This document shows positions 43,201-51,880 of a DNA stretch of 64,000 bases, piece by piece. The first letter of the stretch is position 1. The number at the start of each line of letters is the position of its first letter. This DNA is from Planctomycetota bacterium (GTDB lineage Bacteria > Planctomycetota > UBA8108 > SXIK01): assembly GCA_965223845.1 (NCBI GenBank), contig CBDCXR010000004.1, positions 7,392,001-7,456,000 on the forward strand, given 5' to 3'. The notes under the pieces are model-generated. The model was given only the letters and a program-made list of their open reading frames with translations, was not told the DNA's origin and made no database searches. The position numbers were made by a program, and so were the translations under genes.

Positions 43201-43333
43201 CGCCATCGGGATCCTGAATTTCCTCTTTTCGGCGGACGGACGTGAACCTCTCGATCCTGGGCCGTTCCGCCCCTGCGGGTCGGACCCGACACCGGACGAG
43301 CTCGGCTGCGCGGAGTACCTGAACTGCGAGTGA
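40220..43333 (+). CDS. Large acidic secreted protein: LamG-like, dockerin-like, thrombospondin type-3 repeats, C-terminal dockerin-like domain
   Basis: Signal peptide; WTHLAV..LYVNG..FDGAIDDF; GDVNQDG; DNC..PNADQADADDDGLGDVCD; FNRGDVN..DANDDGAINIADA..DPTPDELGC. Confidence 0.88.
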   Translation: MIFTRRRSGVGLLALLALVVSAAVPIPSSYAAEKVRSYSCGEEDPDGDIGEEVIETIDETSPPTQDANGDPVEDGQGEFVSLLGAGGPTYVEGRDGEGSLAIDFDGVDDELTSPAFDPRNFGTFASLSQAWVRPDAAKQGTRQAVWSLGNDNGGVGITEDGKWEMIAVSIIQDTASDTDVAFDEWTHLAVLRGGNGAELYVNGALVASGANFWNGIGQVSVGRRTAGDPFYFDGAIDDFNIAGFSDFDFDAFRDIDFFGGGASDVVGDVNQDGVVDDVDYGIWAENVGFDNELGGGDGNTLLMGDVDQNGRVNYFDFQVIAAAADVPIAPALDDSGVVAVDDFLNRQPTKALGPGGGFNFQNYDGGRGTWTAPWVSVGNGIITGADFEPRERRFMALTTTGLSANNLSRGFSVEGLPEDETLYFAARFLIPEGGSPPGSLILNPAGEEFQEISIAVDPATGFSITLGEMIEFSFDPIEIETNVLHQIVGKLEFNSAGANEVLSAWLNPEDLEDGEFELITESDVVNGLEDLVGTLTLDRGTQGGGALFWDDVAIGTSWEAVTNVDISRLALRVNAETGAVSLVNGTPDDVELKYYEIASEGGSLSVDGWSSLAEGGVDGWAVNSPTANLLTESNFTGGTTIAAGGSIDLGMLYQTDKPQDLVARYATTQLLFNAARLDRDEDGVFDTVDNCAATPNADQADADDDGLGDVCDNCPEASNRDQVDLDEDGVGNACDDEVADTYRDWSPTGSQGENNMYYGYFDVTQDLADGGDGVYAAEKLTLFLNDESNIISGDAALWRESPNHWNGNAWDITSAGAPPWTFLGRLDLHPNDPDPEAEHWVVRRWESDRSGNISILWHMHHENVACGGNGVGGLLYHNDTLVDEAAVSSPFEPAVTRTVELTVGRGDTIDLVLNAIGPNGMNEDDCDGSQNWFLVTSTDAEPTFNRGDVNGQGATPVDIADAIGLLNHLFGDAPPPICEDSADANDDGAINIADAIGILNFLFSADGREPLDPGPFRPCGSDPTPDELGCAEYLNCE

Positions 43334-43385
43334 GTCCTCGTTGCCTCGCGCTGCGCGTTGCGAGCACGTCGAGGTGAGGTAAAGA

Positions 43386-43431
43386 AACCGGGGGCAGGAT
43401 TCCACCGCGCGGCGGAGTCCTGCCCCCGGTT
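43386..43431. terminator. Stem-loop between convergent genes (probable bidirectional terminator)
   Basis: aaccgggggcaggattcc...ggagtcctgcccccggtt. Confidence 0.65.
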
Positions 43432-43460
43432 CTCATTTGGCGGTCAGAACGAAACGCCGC

Positions 43461-44939
43461 CTACAGCGACGACTCGCTGCACGCGAGGTCGTCGGGAGTG
43501 GAATCGTATCCACTCTCGGGGAACGGTGACGCGATCGTGCCGGATCCGACGAAGAGCGCGTTCAGGATCAGCATCGGATCGGCGATGTTGACGGCACCGT
43601 CGTCGTTCGCGTCCGCCGCATCCGCGCAGTACGGCCGCTCGCCGTCCGCGAAAAGGTGGAGGAGGACGAACAACGAGTCGCTGACGTCGAGGCTGCCGTC
43701 GTCGTTCGCATCGCCGCGGACGAAGCTCGCGTCGTGATCGCTGCCGATCGCGAGGAACGCGACCGCGGCTTCGTCTTCGCCGTCGGTACCGTCGCCACCG
43801 TCACCGGTGTCACCACCGTCACCACCGTCGCCACCGTCACCACCGTCACCACCGTCACCACCGTCACCACCGTCACCACCGTCACCACCGTCACCACCGT
43901 CACCACCGTCACCACCGTCGCCGCCGTCACCGTCTTCATCGTCGCTATGACACCACCAGCGGAAGCGGCGACCTTCCATCAGCTCGCCAAACGTACCCGC
44001 GAGGACGACGTTCTCGTCGCCGTCGACGACCGTGATCGCAGCGCCGACGAGATCGGCGATCGATTCGGCACCGAGAGGAAGAGCGTCGTCCCGCCACGTG
44101 GCGAGCTTGAGTGAACCGCGGCCGGAGAGACGCGCGGCGATCCACTCCCGGAATCGGCTGAAGCGCGCTTTGACCGCGCCGCTGATCACGACGTCACCGG
44201 ACTGTACGGAAAGACTACCTTCGCCGGCCTCGAGCGCCGCCAGCGCCGCTTCGTCGGTCGCGATGGCTCCGCTGAGTGCCGCGGGATCGAGATCGATCGC
44301 CGTCTCGCCGATATGAAGCGTCGCGGTGTCCACGCTTTCGAATCCGCGCACGTGAATGCTGTAGTGAAGCTCCGTTCGGTCGTCGTTCGCGACGAGCGAG
44401 GCGTAGCCGTGGGGGGCGTCGGAGTCGCCGTCGCGATCGCGGTCGCGCCAGCGGTTCAGCCAATCGCGCCAGCGCGACCAACGATCGCCGTCGTGCTCGT
44501 CGTCTTCCTCGTCGTCCTCACCCTCTTCGGCGGCGGCTTCACCCTCGCCGCCACCTTCACCACCCTCGCCGCCGTCGTCCTCAGGGAGCTTGAGTCGCGC
44601 GGAGAAGTGCCGCGCGGGCGGAAGCTCGCCCGTCCGCGTCGTGATCGTCCCGACACTCTCGCTCGCCTCGTCGTTCGCGACCCGTACATCGTACGTCGCG
44701 CCCGGCTCGAGTCCGCGCACGTGAACGTGCATCGCGGCGTGGTCGCCGATTGCGCGGAGGTGGCTTGCACCCTCGGCGTCTTGATTCGCCGCGTCGTCCG
44801 GGGGGCTCAGCTCGGCGAGACTGTGCAGACTGACGCACCCGCCTCCACCGTCGCGATCGTGGGCGTTCGCGACGTCCGAACTCAACATCAATACGAACGC
44901 GAGAACTCCCAGCCCCGAGAAACCAACTCGAAACACCAT
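43461..44939 (-). CDS. Secreted protein with CHRD-like domain, (DGG)n linker and C-terminal dockerin-like domain
   Basis: GAGGAG before ATG 44939; signal peptide; GYASL..LHYSIHVRG..TATLHIG; FVRGDANDDG..CADAADANDDG. Confidence 0.82.
   Translation of the reverse strand: MVFRVGFSGLGVLAFVLMLSSDVANAHDRDGGGGCVSLHSLAELSPPDDAANQDAEGASHLRAIGDHAAMHVHVRGLEPGATYDVRVANDEASESVGTITTRTGELPPARHFSARLKLPEDDGGEGGEGGGEGEAAAEEGEDDEEDDEHDGDRWSRWRDWLNRWRDRDRDGDSDAPHGYASLVANDDRTELHYSIHVRGFESVDTATLHIGETAIDLDPAALSGAIATDEAALAALEAGEGSLSVQSGDVVISGAVKARFSRFREWIAARLSGRGSLKLATWRDDALPLGAESIADLVGAAITVVDGDENVVLAGTFGELMEGRRFRWWCHSDDEDGDGGDGGDGGDGGDGGDGGDGGDGGDGGDGGDGGDGGDGGDTGDGGDGTDGEDEAAVAFLAIGSDHDASFVRGDANDDGSLDVSDSLFVLLHLFADGERPYCADAADANDDGAVNIADPMLILNALFVGSGTIASPFPESGYDSTPDDLACSESSL
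43789..43932. repeat. 9 bp tandem repeat (ccgtcacca)n encoding Asp-Gly-Gly
   Basis: About 13 near-perfect units plus degenerate flanking units. Confidence 0.95.
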
Positions 44940-45195
44940 TCCAATCTCCTCGTTTAGACCAGAGACCCGAAGTAGGGGATGAAACCGCGCGCCCCGGGGT
45001 CGGTGAGTCCCGCGGCAGCGCTCGGCGGCGCCGGCCCGCGGAGGCCGACCTTTCGCCAGATACGGTAGCCCGCGGCCGAGGACGGAGTCAAAGTCGGAGC
45101 GGGAATTCTCGAGCGTTCGGCTCCGCGAAGGGGCGTCACGAGGCGGTGAACTCGCAAATCGGGGCGAGTCCGACCGGGAGTGGTACGATGCGTTC

Positions 45196-45993
45196 ATGTC
45201 CACGCGCCAAGGTCGACGCACGGCGGCGATTCTCTCTGCGGTGGGCGTCACGCTCGTCGCCGCCCTAGCCTTCGCCTACCGCGATCGAATCGCCGAGTCG
45301 TGGCATCTATCCCGTCTCGATGCGGAATCGGAGGCGAGGGAGCACGCGGCTCGGCGGCTCGGGGAAATGCGCTCGGCGCGCGCGGTCCCTCGTCTCGTCG
45401 AAATGCTCAAGGACGACGTCGGTCTTCGCCCGGGCGGGCAGATCGCCGGCACCCACCAAATTCCGCGGCGGGAGGGTCACTTCACGCTCGAGCGATTGCG
45501 GAGCGAAGTGTGGCGGACGTACTGGCCAGGTCAGGTTCTCGCCGAGATCGGCCTGGCGGCGGCTCCGGACCTCGCCGGGCTTCTCACCGACGAAGATCCA
45601 TTCGTGCGTCTGGTCGCAGTCGAGACGCTTTCGAGCATCGGAAGCGCGGCGCTTCCCTCGCTCGAAGAATTCTTCGAGCAAACTGGCGTACCGACCGCGG
45701 CGAAGATCCACGCGCTCTACGCCATCGAGGAGATGGCGCCGGCGGCGAGCGCGAAGGCAGTGCCGTTTCTCGTCGCGTGCGCGTCGACTCCGGGTACGAC
45801 GTCCGCGTTGGTTTCACGAGACGAAGCCGACGAGATCAGAGAGCACGCGGTCTTCGTCCTCGGCGAGATCGGCGAGACGGGCGCGGATGCCTCGCGGGCG
45901 ATTCCTGCACTCGAGGCGCTAGCGAACGACGTCACCGCCTCACCGAACCTGCGGCATGCGGCGGGGTACGCGCTCCTCAAGATTCGGCCGTAG
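45196..45993 (+). CDS. Membrane-anchored HEAT-repeat protein
   Basis: N-terminal TM; REHAARRLG, VRLVAVETL, REHAVFVLGEIG repeats. Confidence 0.8.
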   Translation: MSTRQGRRTAAILSAVGVTLVAALAFAYRDRIAESWHLSRLDAESEAREHAARRLGEMRSARAVPRLVEMLKDDVGLRPGGQIAGTHQIPRREGHFTLERLRSEVWRTYWPGQVLAEIGLAAAPDLAGLLTDEDPFVRLVAVETLSSIGSAALPSLEEFFEQTGVPTAAKIHALYAIEEMAPAASAKAVPFLVACASTPGTTSALVSRDEADEIREHAVFVLGEIGETGADASRAIPALEALANDVTASPNLRHAAGYALLKIRP

Positions 45994-46003
45994 CCGGAAC
46001 GAG

Positions 46004-46498
46004 CTACGACTGGGCTGCCTCGTAGGGCGAGAAGTGCTCGTGGGCGATCTTCCAGTCGTGCCCGACTCGGACGAACACCATGGTCGTGCGCAGCTCGCCG
46101 CGGACGGTTTCGTCCTCGACGACGGCCTCGTACCGGACGATGAACGTCGCGACCGCGGTTTCTCCGAAGACGTCGACCTTGAGGTCGTCGACCGTGGCGC
46201 GAAACGCATCGAGCCCGCCGATCGCGTTCCGCTCCGCGGCTCGCGTGACTTCGGCGTCTTGACGGCCGCCGCGGTCTCCGAACTTGCTGAACTTCGGCCC
46301 GAAGAAGTGGTACGCCTCGAGACGGTCGAGCTCCTTCCGTTCAGCCGAGGCGTAGATCTCGCGAATCGTGCGCGCGATCTCTTCCTGCTCGGCGGCAAAC
46401 TCAGCGTGGAGGATATCGGAGGACGTCAGGCTCTCGCATCCTGCGGTCGCGGCGAAGACGGAGAGACCGAGCAACGTGACGTGAAAACGGCTTCGCAT
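46004..46498 (-). CDS. NTF2-like / DUF4440 lipoprotein
   Basis: Lipobox TAGC; VDVFGETAVATF, TMVFVR..WKIAHEHFS. Confidence 0.82.
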   Translation of the reverse strand: MRSRFHVTLLGLSVFAATAGCESLTSSDILHAEFAAEQEEIARTIREIYASAERKELDRLEAYHFFGPKFSKFGDRGGRQDAEVTRAAERNAIGGLDAFRATVDDLKVDVFGETAVATFIVRYEAVVEDETVRGELRTTMVFVRVGHDWKIAHEHFSPYEAAQS

Positions 46499-46634
46499 GG
46501 ATCGAGCTCGGACGAGCTGCCTAGATTCCCGAGGAAAGAACATCGTGTTCCAAACGAACGACCGGTGTTCCCGAGAAGAAGACGAGCGAAATTCCGGGCG
46601 ACTCAGCGCGCCGCGCGCGGTTCCTGGGAAAAAC

Positions 46635-46732
46635 TGGCGGGAGTGCATGGGAATCGAACCCACCTACGACGTTGTTCGCGCCGCACCAAGGATTTGAAGT
46701 CCCGGAGGTCCACCAGGAACCTACTCACTCCC
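46635..46732 (-). tRNA. selC: tRNA-Sec (anticodon TCA), 98 nt
   Basis: GGGAGTG...GGACTTCAAATCC anticodon arm; 6-bp D stem; long variable arm; GTGGGTTCGATTCCCAT T arm; G73 discriminator and encoded CCA. Confidence 0.95.
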
Positions 46733-46946
46733 GCGGTCGTTCGACCGTGAGCCTACCACGGCATCTGGAGGCCTTCAACGCGCGCGGTCGCCGCTAGGTT
46801 CGCCACCCGATGCGGACTCGTTCGGGAAGGGCTCGGTTCGAGTTCGGACGTTGATTCCGGACCGCGCGTGCGAGAGTGTTGCGCTCGCCTGATCTTCTGG
46901 GGAGGATCGGGAGGTTCTCCCCGTTCCGAGCTCGCTGCCAGAACCG

Positions 46947-48830
46947 ATGCGCAGACGCCAATCTTCTCTCGTCGCTCTCTCGATCGCGCTTTCGCTCAGC
47001 ACGCTTCCGGCGTGCAGTCCGAGTGCCGCGCTGTCGACGGATGACGACGCGCCCCGCTCGAGTGACCGCGCCGCGGAGACCGTTCGGGCGTCCGCGCCCG
47101 ATTCGGGTCGACTCCTCACCCTCGAATCGGCGCGAGCCTTGCTTGCGGCGATCCGAGCCGGCGCCCCGCGCGGCGCGCTCGATTCCGCCGGGCTTCCTCG
47201 TGAGCTCCGTGAGGATCGCGAGACGCGCGTCGTCGTTCTCTCGGCGAGCACGGGAAACGCCGCGCCGACGATCGCGGAGGGGGCGGGAGCCGGCTGGATC
47301 GCCGCGGTCGATGCGGCTCTCGGGGCGATGCCTGCGGACCGCCGGTCGACGCCGATGCGGTGGGTCAGGCTCGACGTCGTGACGGATCTCGGCGACGAGG
47401 AGATTCTCGGAGCCGGCTCGCAGTTCGCCCCGCTCGCGGGACTCGAAGGCATCGCTCTCCGGCAGCCGGTAGTCGCCCACATCCTTCCCGAGGAGCTTTG
47501 GGCGCAGCGCATACTCGATACGAAGGGGCGCTTTCACCGAAAGCTATTCAGCTACTACCTCACGTCCGGTCGCTCCGTGAGCGCCGGAGACGTCGCTTCG
47601 CTCGGCACCGAGCCGATTCGCGGCCGGCGCTTTCGCTCGACGTCGTTTTTCTTCGATGGCGAACGCGCGCAGCGTCTCTATCGCGGACGCGCGCCGCGGT
47701 CACGATTTACCGCGAGCGACCTCCTCGCCGCGGTGACTTCGGCCGGCGACTATCTCGCGCGTGCGACACGGGAGAACGGCAAGTTCGACTACAGCTACCT
47801 CCCGGGGCCGGACCGCGTCGAGTCCTCGTACAATTTGGTGCGACACGCGGGGACGATCTTCGCCCTTCTCGAAGTCGCTGCGGCGACACGGAGGAAGGAG
47901 TACGGCGACGCGGTCGAGCGGGCGATTCAGTATCTGCTCGCGCGGGTCCGTCGGTTCGGCAGCGCGGACGAACCCTTGACGCGCGTCGTCGTCGAGGGCG
48001 ACAAGATCAAGCTCGGCGGCGTCGCCCTCACGATCCTCGCGCTCACCGAATACTGGAAGGTGACCGGCTCGGATCGGTACAAGGGGCTTCTCGCGAGTCT
48101 CGCTCGGTACATCGGATCCGCGCAGAAACCGAGCGGCGAGTTCATCAGTCAGCTCTACTACTCGACGGGAAAGGCGCGCGATTGGACGTCCGAGTACTAT
48201 CCCGGAGAAGCGATCTTCGCGCTCTGCCGACTGCACGCGCTCGACGAGAACCCTGACTGGATCGACATCGCTGCGCGCGGCGCCGATTACCTGATCCTCG
48301 GTCGCGACAAGGGCGTCGCAACCCTCGATCTAATCCACGACCACTGGCTCCTCTACGGGCTCAACGAGCTCCACCGCTACCGCCCGGAAGAGCGCTATCT
48401 CACACACGCGTCGCGCATCGTGACTGCGATTCTCGCCGCTCAGCGTCCCGCCAACTCGAGTCTTCCCGATCTCCGCGGCGCCTGGGGGCGGCGTCCGCGA
48501 TCGACTCCGGCGGCGACGCGCGCGGAAGGGCTCCTCGCGGCGTATCGCTTGTTTCGTCGAAACGAGCGCGACAAGTTGGCCGATCGTATCCTCGACGCCG
48601 TGGCACTTACGACGGGATACCAGCTCGCGACCCAATTCACACCGCCGTCAGCGCTCTTCTTCCCGAACCCACAACGCGCGCTCGGCGGATTCGCGTGCTC
48701 GTTCGAGCGCGACGACATCCGGATCGACTACGTGCAGCACAACATCTCGGCCTTGCTCGCTCTTCGACGCGTCATGATCGACGAAAAGCGAGGCGAGCTC
48801 GGTGTTCCTTTCGTGCATCCGGATTTTTGA
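46947..48830 (+). CDS. Lipoprotein with C-terminal alpha/alpha-toroid (six-hairpin glycosidase-like) domain
   Basis: Lipobox LPAC; YNLVRHAGT, IKLGG, YYPGEA, DHWLLY, IRIDYVQH. Confidence 0.7.
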   Translation: MRRRQSSLVALSIALSLSTLPACSPSAALSTDDDAPRSSDRAAETVRASAPDSGRLLTLESARALLAAIRAGAPRGALDSAGLPRELREDRETRVVVLSASTGNAAPTIAEGAGAGWIAAVDAALGAMPADRRSTPMRWVRLDVVTDLGDEEILGAGSQFAPLAGLEGIALRQPVVAHILPEELWAQRILDTKGRFHRKLFSYYLTSGRSVSAGDVASLGTEPIRGRRFRSTSFFFDGERAQRLYRGRAPRSRFTASDLLAAVTSAGDYLARATRENGKFDYSYLPGPDRVESSYNLVRHAGTIFALLEVAAATRRKEYGDAVERAIQYLLARVRRFGSADEPLTRVVVEGDKIKLGGVALTILALTEYWKVTGSDRYKGLLASLARYIGSAQKPSGEFISQLYYSTGKARDWTSEYYPGEAIFALCRLHALDENPDWIDIAARGADYLILGRDKGVATLDLIHDHWLLYGLNELHRYRPEERYLTHASRIVTAILAAQRPANSSLPDLRGAWGRRPRSTPAATRAEGLLAAYRLFRRNERDKLADRILDAVALTTGYQLATQFTPPSALFFPNPQRALGGFACSFERDDIRIDYVQHNISALLALRRVMIDEKRGELGVPFVHPDF

Positions 48831-48852
48831 CGTCACCATCCGCTCGCACGAT

Positions 48853-50805
48853 CTACTCGCGCGCGGCGCTGCGGTCCGTCTCGGGTGGGAGGAGCACGTA
48901 CGCCGTCCCGCCGCGATCGAGCCACGCGCGTTCGAGCTCGGGCCGGAGGTAGGTCGTCCGGCCGGACGCGGCGTCCGCGGCCGCCGGATCGTTCACGTGA
49001 ACGTTCTCGTCGCCGTCGAATCCCGTTACGACGAGGAGATGCCCGCCGGGGTAGGCGTGGGGCGCTCCCGCGAGCTCACCATCCTTCGTGCGAATGCTGA
49101 TGACGAGCGGCTGGTCGTTCGCGATCGACTGCTCGACCTCGCGCCACGAACCGAAGCGCGCAACGTACCCTGGGACACCGAACGAGAAGGCCCCTTGCAC
49201 GGCGCGCGGCCAGTTGCCGTAGATATCGTGTCGACCGTCGAAGATTCGCTCGGCAACTCGCGCCGTCGGGACGTTGCGACCGTGGTACGCGAGGAGCATC
49301 GCAACGGACGTCGGGCTGCAGATGCGGTGTGCGATCTTCGGGTCTTCGGTCTTCTGCGAGCGGTAGGGGACGGAAAGGCGGCGCGTCCACGTGCTCCGTT
49401 TTGGTCGAGGAGCGGGTGGATCGTCGCCGCCGAGCGGAATGCCGGTCGAATTCGTGAGTGCGAGGGCGATGCGATGGATCGGAAAGCCCGAGCGTCCGGG
49501 TGAACTCTTCGTGAGCGCGGTCCCGAGGAGCGTGACGCGGTACTGCAGCTCGCGGTGCGGACTGTTCGCCCGGTAGTAGTCGATTTCGACGCTTCCTCCC
49601 GTCCACTTCGTTACCTGCGTGGTGTCCCGTTCGAGCCGCCCCCACTCGCCGACCGCGAGATAGGGAGACCAGGTATCTCCGGACTTCACGCGAAGCTCGA
49701 CGAGGAATCCGCTCCCCGTCGGCGCTTCGATGTTCCACGAAGGCAGGACCTCGCTGAACGGATGGGGCGTCGTGATCGTCGGAGATTCGTATTCCGCGCG
49801 GGCCGCGCCCTCGCCAACGGTCCAGTGACCGGCCGCGAGCTCGTCTCTCGAATGAATGATGAGATCGTGGCGAAAGCGGCGATGAGGTCGCGGCGATCCC
49901 GCAAGTGTGTCGTCGATCGCGCTCGCGATTTGGGCGAGATACTCGCCGCCGGCCGGGTGGCGGACCATTCCGGCGAGAAGATAGACCCGTTCGCCGTTTC
50001 GAACGCGGGCCGTGTCGAGGTGCCAGTCCTCCCAAAGTCCGTTCTTCCGCAAGACGGAGACGCCGCGCCCGCGAAGTCCGCGGACGAAGTTGTCGTCGTG
50101 AAACTCGAGCGCGGGCGAAGCGAACACTCGGCGCATCGCCGCTGCGGCGCGCGGGTGAACGAGGTCGCCCCGCTCGAGGAACAGGTAATACCGGAGACAC
50201 TGCCTCACCGTCGCCGCGTGCGAGTGTCCGCCGACGGGCTCGACCGTCCGTGGCTCGCCGATTCCGTAGTGCTTTCCCGACCACAGCCCACCGCCGGTGG
50301 TCGCGTCGTAGAAGCGATATCGCGGCGATGTTTGGAGCGCCTGGATCGCTTCGAGACCGACGAGCTGGCTGTACTTCGCCGCGAGCTCGTTGCTCGATCG
50401 TTTGATGACGAGTCCGAGCTCGCGCTCGACCTCGGAGCTCAGTTTCGCCTCGGCGCCGCCGAATCGCTCGAAGTAGGCCGCGAGAATGCAGATTTTCGGG
50501 ACGCTCGCGCCGTAGAAGATCGCGTCCGGGCGAAGCCAGGCGACGCGTGGCCGGGTGAGGTCGACCACGCCGATCGCACGAGACTGCGGCTCGACGGCGA
50601 GCTTCTCGCGGATGCGCTGGTCGGCGGCTTCGAGAGCGCGTTGAAGCTCCGGGTCGACAGGCGTATCGGGGACGAGCTCGAGCGTTTCGATCCCCGGCAG
50701 GGAGATCTCGTCCCGTTCGCCCGCGAGGGCGCGCTCACCGGCGCCGAGCAAGCCGGCGAGGACCGCGAAGACGACGGAGGTGCGCAGTTTGAAGGCGCCG
50801 ATCAT
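48853..50805 (-). CDS. Fusion of class A beta-lactamase-like serine hydrolase and peptidase C39-like domain, secreted
   Basis: ASVPK (SxxK), SSN, RKNG; then VPYRSQ, CSPTS, GHLLVVTGFD, VNDPA. Confidence 0.82.
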   Translation of the reverse strand: MIGAFKLRTSVVFAVLAGLLGAGERALAGERDEISLPGIETLELVPDTPVDPELQRALEAADQRIREKLAVEPQSRAIGVVDLTRPRVAWLRPDAIFYGASVPKICILAAYFERFGGAEAKLSSEVERELGLVIKRSSNELAAKYSQLVGLEAIQALQTSPRYRFYDATTGGGLWSGKHYGIGEPRTVEPVGGHSHAATVRQCLRYYLFLERGDLVHPRAAAAMRRVFASPALEFHDDNFVRGLRGRGVSVLRKNGLWEDWHLDTARVRNGERVYLLAGMVRHPAGGEYLAQIASAIDDTLAGSPRPHRRFRHDLIIHSRDELAAGHWTVGEGAARAEYESPTITTPHPFSEVLPSWNIEAPTGSGFLVELRVKSGDTWSPYLAVGEWGRLERDTTQVTKWTGGSVEIDYYRANSPHRELQYRVTLLGTALTKSSPGRSGFPIHRIALALTNSTGIPLGGDDPPAPRPKRSTWTRRLSVPYRSQKTEDPKIAHRICSPTSVAMLLAYHGRNVPTARVAERIFDGRHDIYGNWPRAVQGAFSFGVPGYVARFGSWREVEQSIANDQPLVISIRTKDGELAGAPHAYPGGHLLVVTGFDGDENVHVNDPAAADAASGRTTYLRPELERAWLDRGGTAYVLLPPETDRSAARE

Positions 50806-51072
50806 GCGAGCCGTTCCTTCCCGATGAATTGCGGCGTCATCGTCGGGGCGATCGGTGCTCCCGTCAACAAACCGGACAGCCGATGGCAGCTTCGACCGGA
50901 TCACGCGAGGTCAGGTTTTTTCCTAGAAACGTCGCGCAAGAGTGATCGTCCCCTTGGATGATCCGCGCGCGGTTTCGGCCGCCGATATGGTAGAACTCCG
51001 GTCGCGGCCGAGGTATGGCCGGTCGAGACTCGGAATCGGTACTACCCATCGAAGGAAAGAGGAGGCCGCAGA

Positions 51073-51723
51073 ATGGCCGACAGCGTGAGCCCGGCGCCCA
51101 AAAGGTCGTACTCGAAGCGACGGGGCTGCTTCACGATGGTCCTCGTCACCCTCCTCGTCCTCGTGATCGGTGGCGTGGGGCTCATCTGGTACATCAATCG
51201 ATTCATCGACGACGCTCCGCGCGAGCTGCCGTCCGTCGCGGCCGATCCCGTGGTCGCGAAAGACGTGAGAGCGCGTTGGGACCAATTCGACGCCGAGCTC
51301 AAATCCGACCAACCGGCATCGCCGTTCTCCGTCACGCTCGACGAGGTGAACACGCTCATCCAGACCGATCCCGAATTCGAGACGGCACGCGGTAAGGTGT
51401 TTTTTCGTGCGGAGGACGATCACATCGTTGCCGAACTCAGCCTTCCGCTCGAAGAGCTCGGGGCTGGCGCAAAGGGCTATTTCAACGGCTCGATCGTGTT
51501 CGACGCCGAGGTCGGAGCGGACGGCCGGCTCGAGGTGCAGCCCATCGCGATTCGGGCGCCGGACGGCGCATCCGTGCCGGAGGTTCTCCTTCGCTCGATC
51601 GATCCCCAGGAGCTCGCGGATCGCTTCGCGGAAAGTCCCGAGGTGATCGAGCACTTGAAGAAGATCGGCAGCATCACGATCGAAGACGGCAAGGTCGTCA
51701 TTACGCCGCGCGCTTCTGAGTAG
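51073..51723 (+). CDS. Hypothetical single-pass membrane protein
   Basis: GAGGAGG RBS; KRRGC followed by a TM helix. Confidence 0.75.
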   Translation: MADSVSPAPKRSYSKRRGCFTMVLVTLLVLVIGGVGLIWYINRFIDDAPRELPSVAADPVVAKDVRARWDQFDAELKSDQPASPFSVTLDEVNTLIQTDPEFETARGKVFFRAEDDHIVAELSLPLEELGAGAKGYFNGSIVFDAEVGADGRLEVQPIAIRAPDGASVPEVLLRSIDPQELADRFAESPEVIEHLKKIGSITIEDGKVVITPRASE

Positions 51724-51761
51724 GACGATCGGGGTCGGGAAGAACGAGTCTCCATTGCATC

Positions 51762-51804
51762 GCCTCTTCGTTGGCCACCACCGGTCCGACGGAGAGGCTT
51801 TTTT
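51762..51804 (+). terminator. Rho-independent terminator
   Basis: gcctcttcgttgg...ccgacggagaggc followed by T6. Confidence 0.75.
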
Positions 51805-51821
51805 GTCGGTCGAGCGATCAC

Positions 51822-51863
51822 AAAAAAAACCGGCGACGATCCTCGCGTGGATCGTCGCCGGTT
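51822..51863 (-). terminator. Rho-independent terminator
   Basis: A8 + ccggcgacgatcc...ggatcgtcgccgg. Confidence 0.8.
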
Positions 51864-51880
51864 GAGTGCGCTCGGCTCGG

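Noticed and set aside
43789-43932. Possible CRISPR array
   Set aside because: Contiguous 9 bp units with no spacers, inside a CDS, and no cas genes
46635-46732. selC as an island integration site
   Set aside because: No integrase, no duplicated tRNA 3' end noticed, and no evident compositional shift in the flanks
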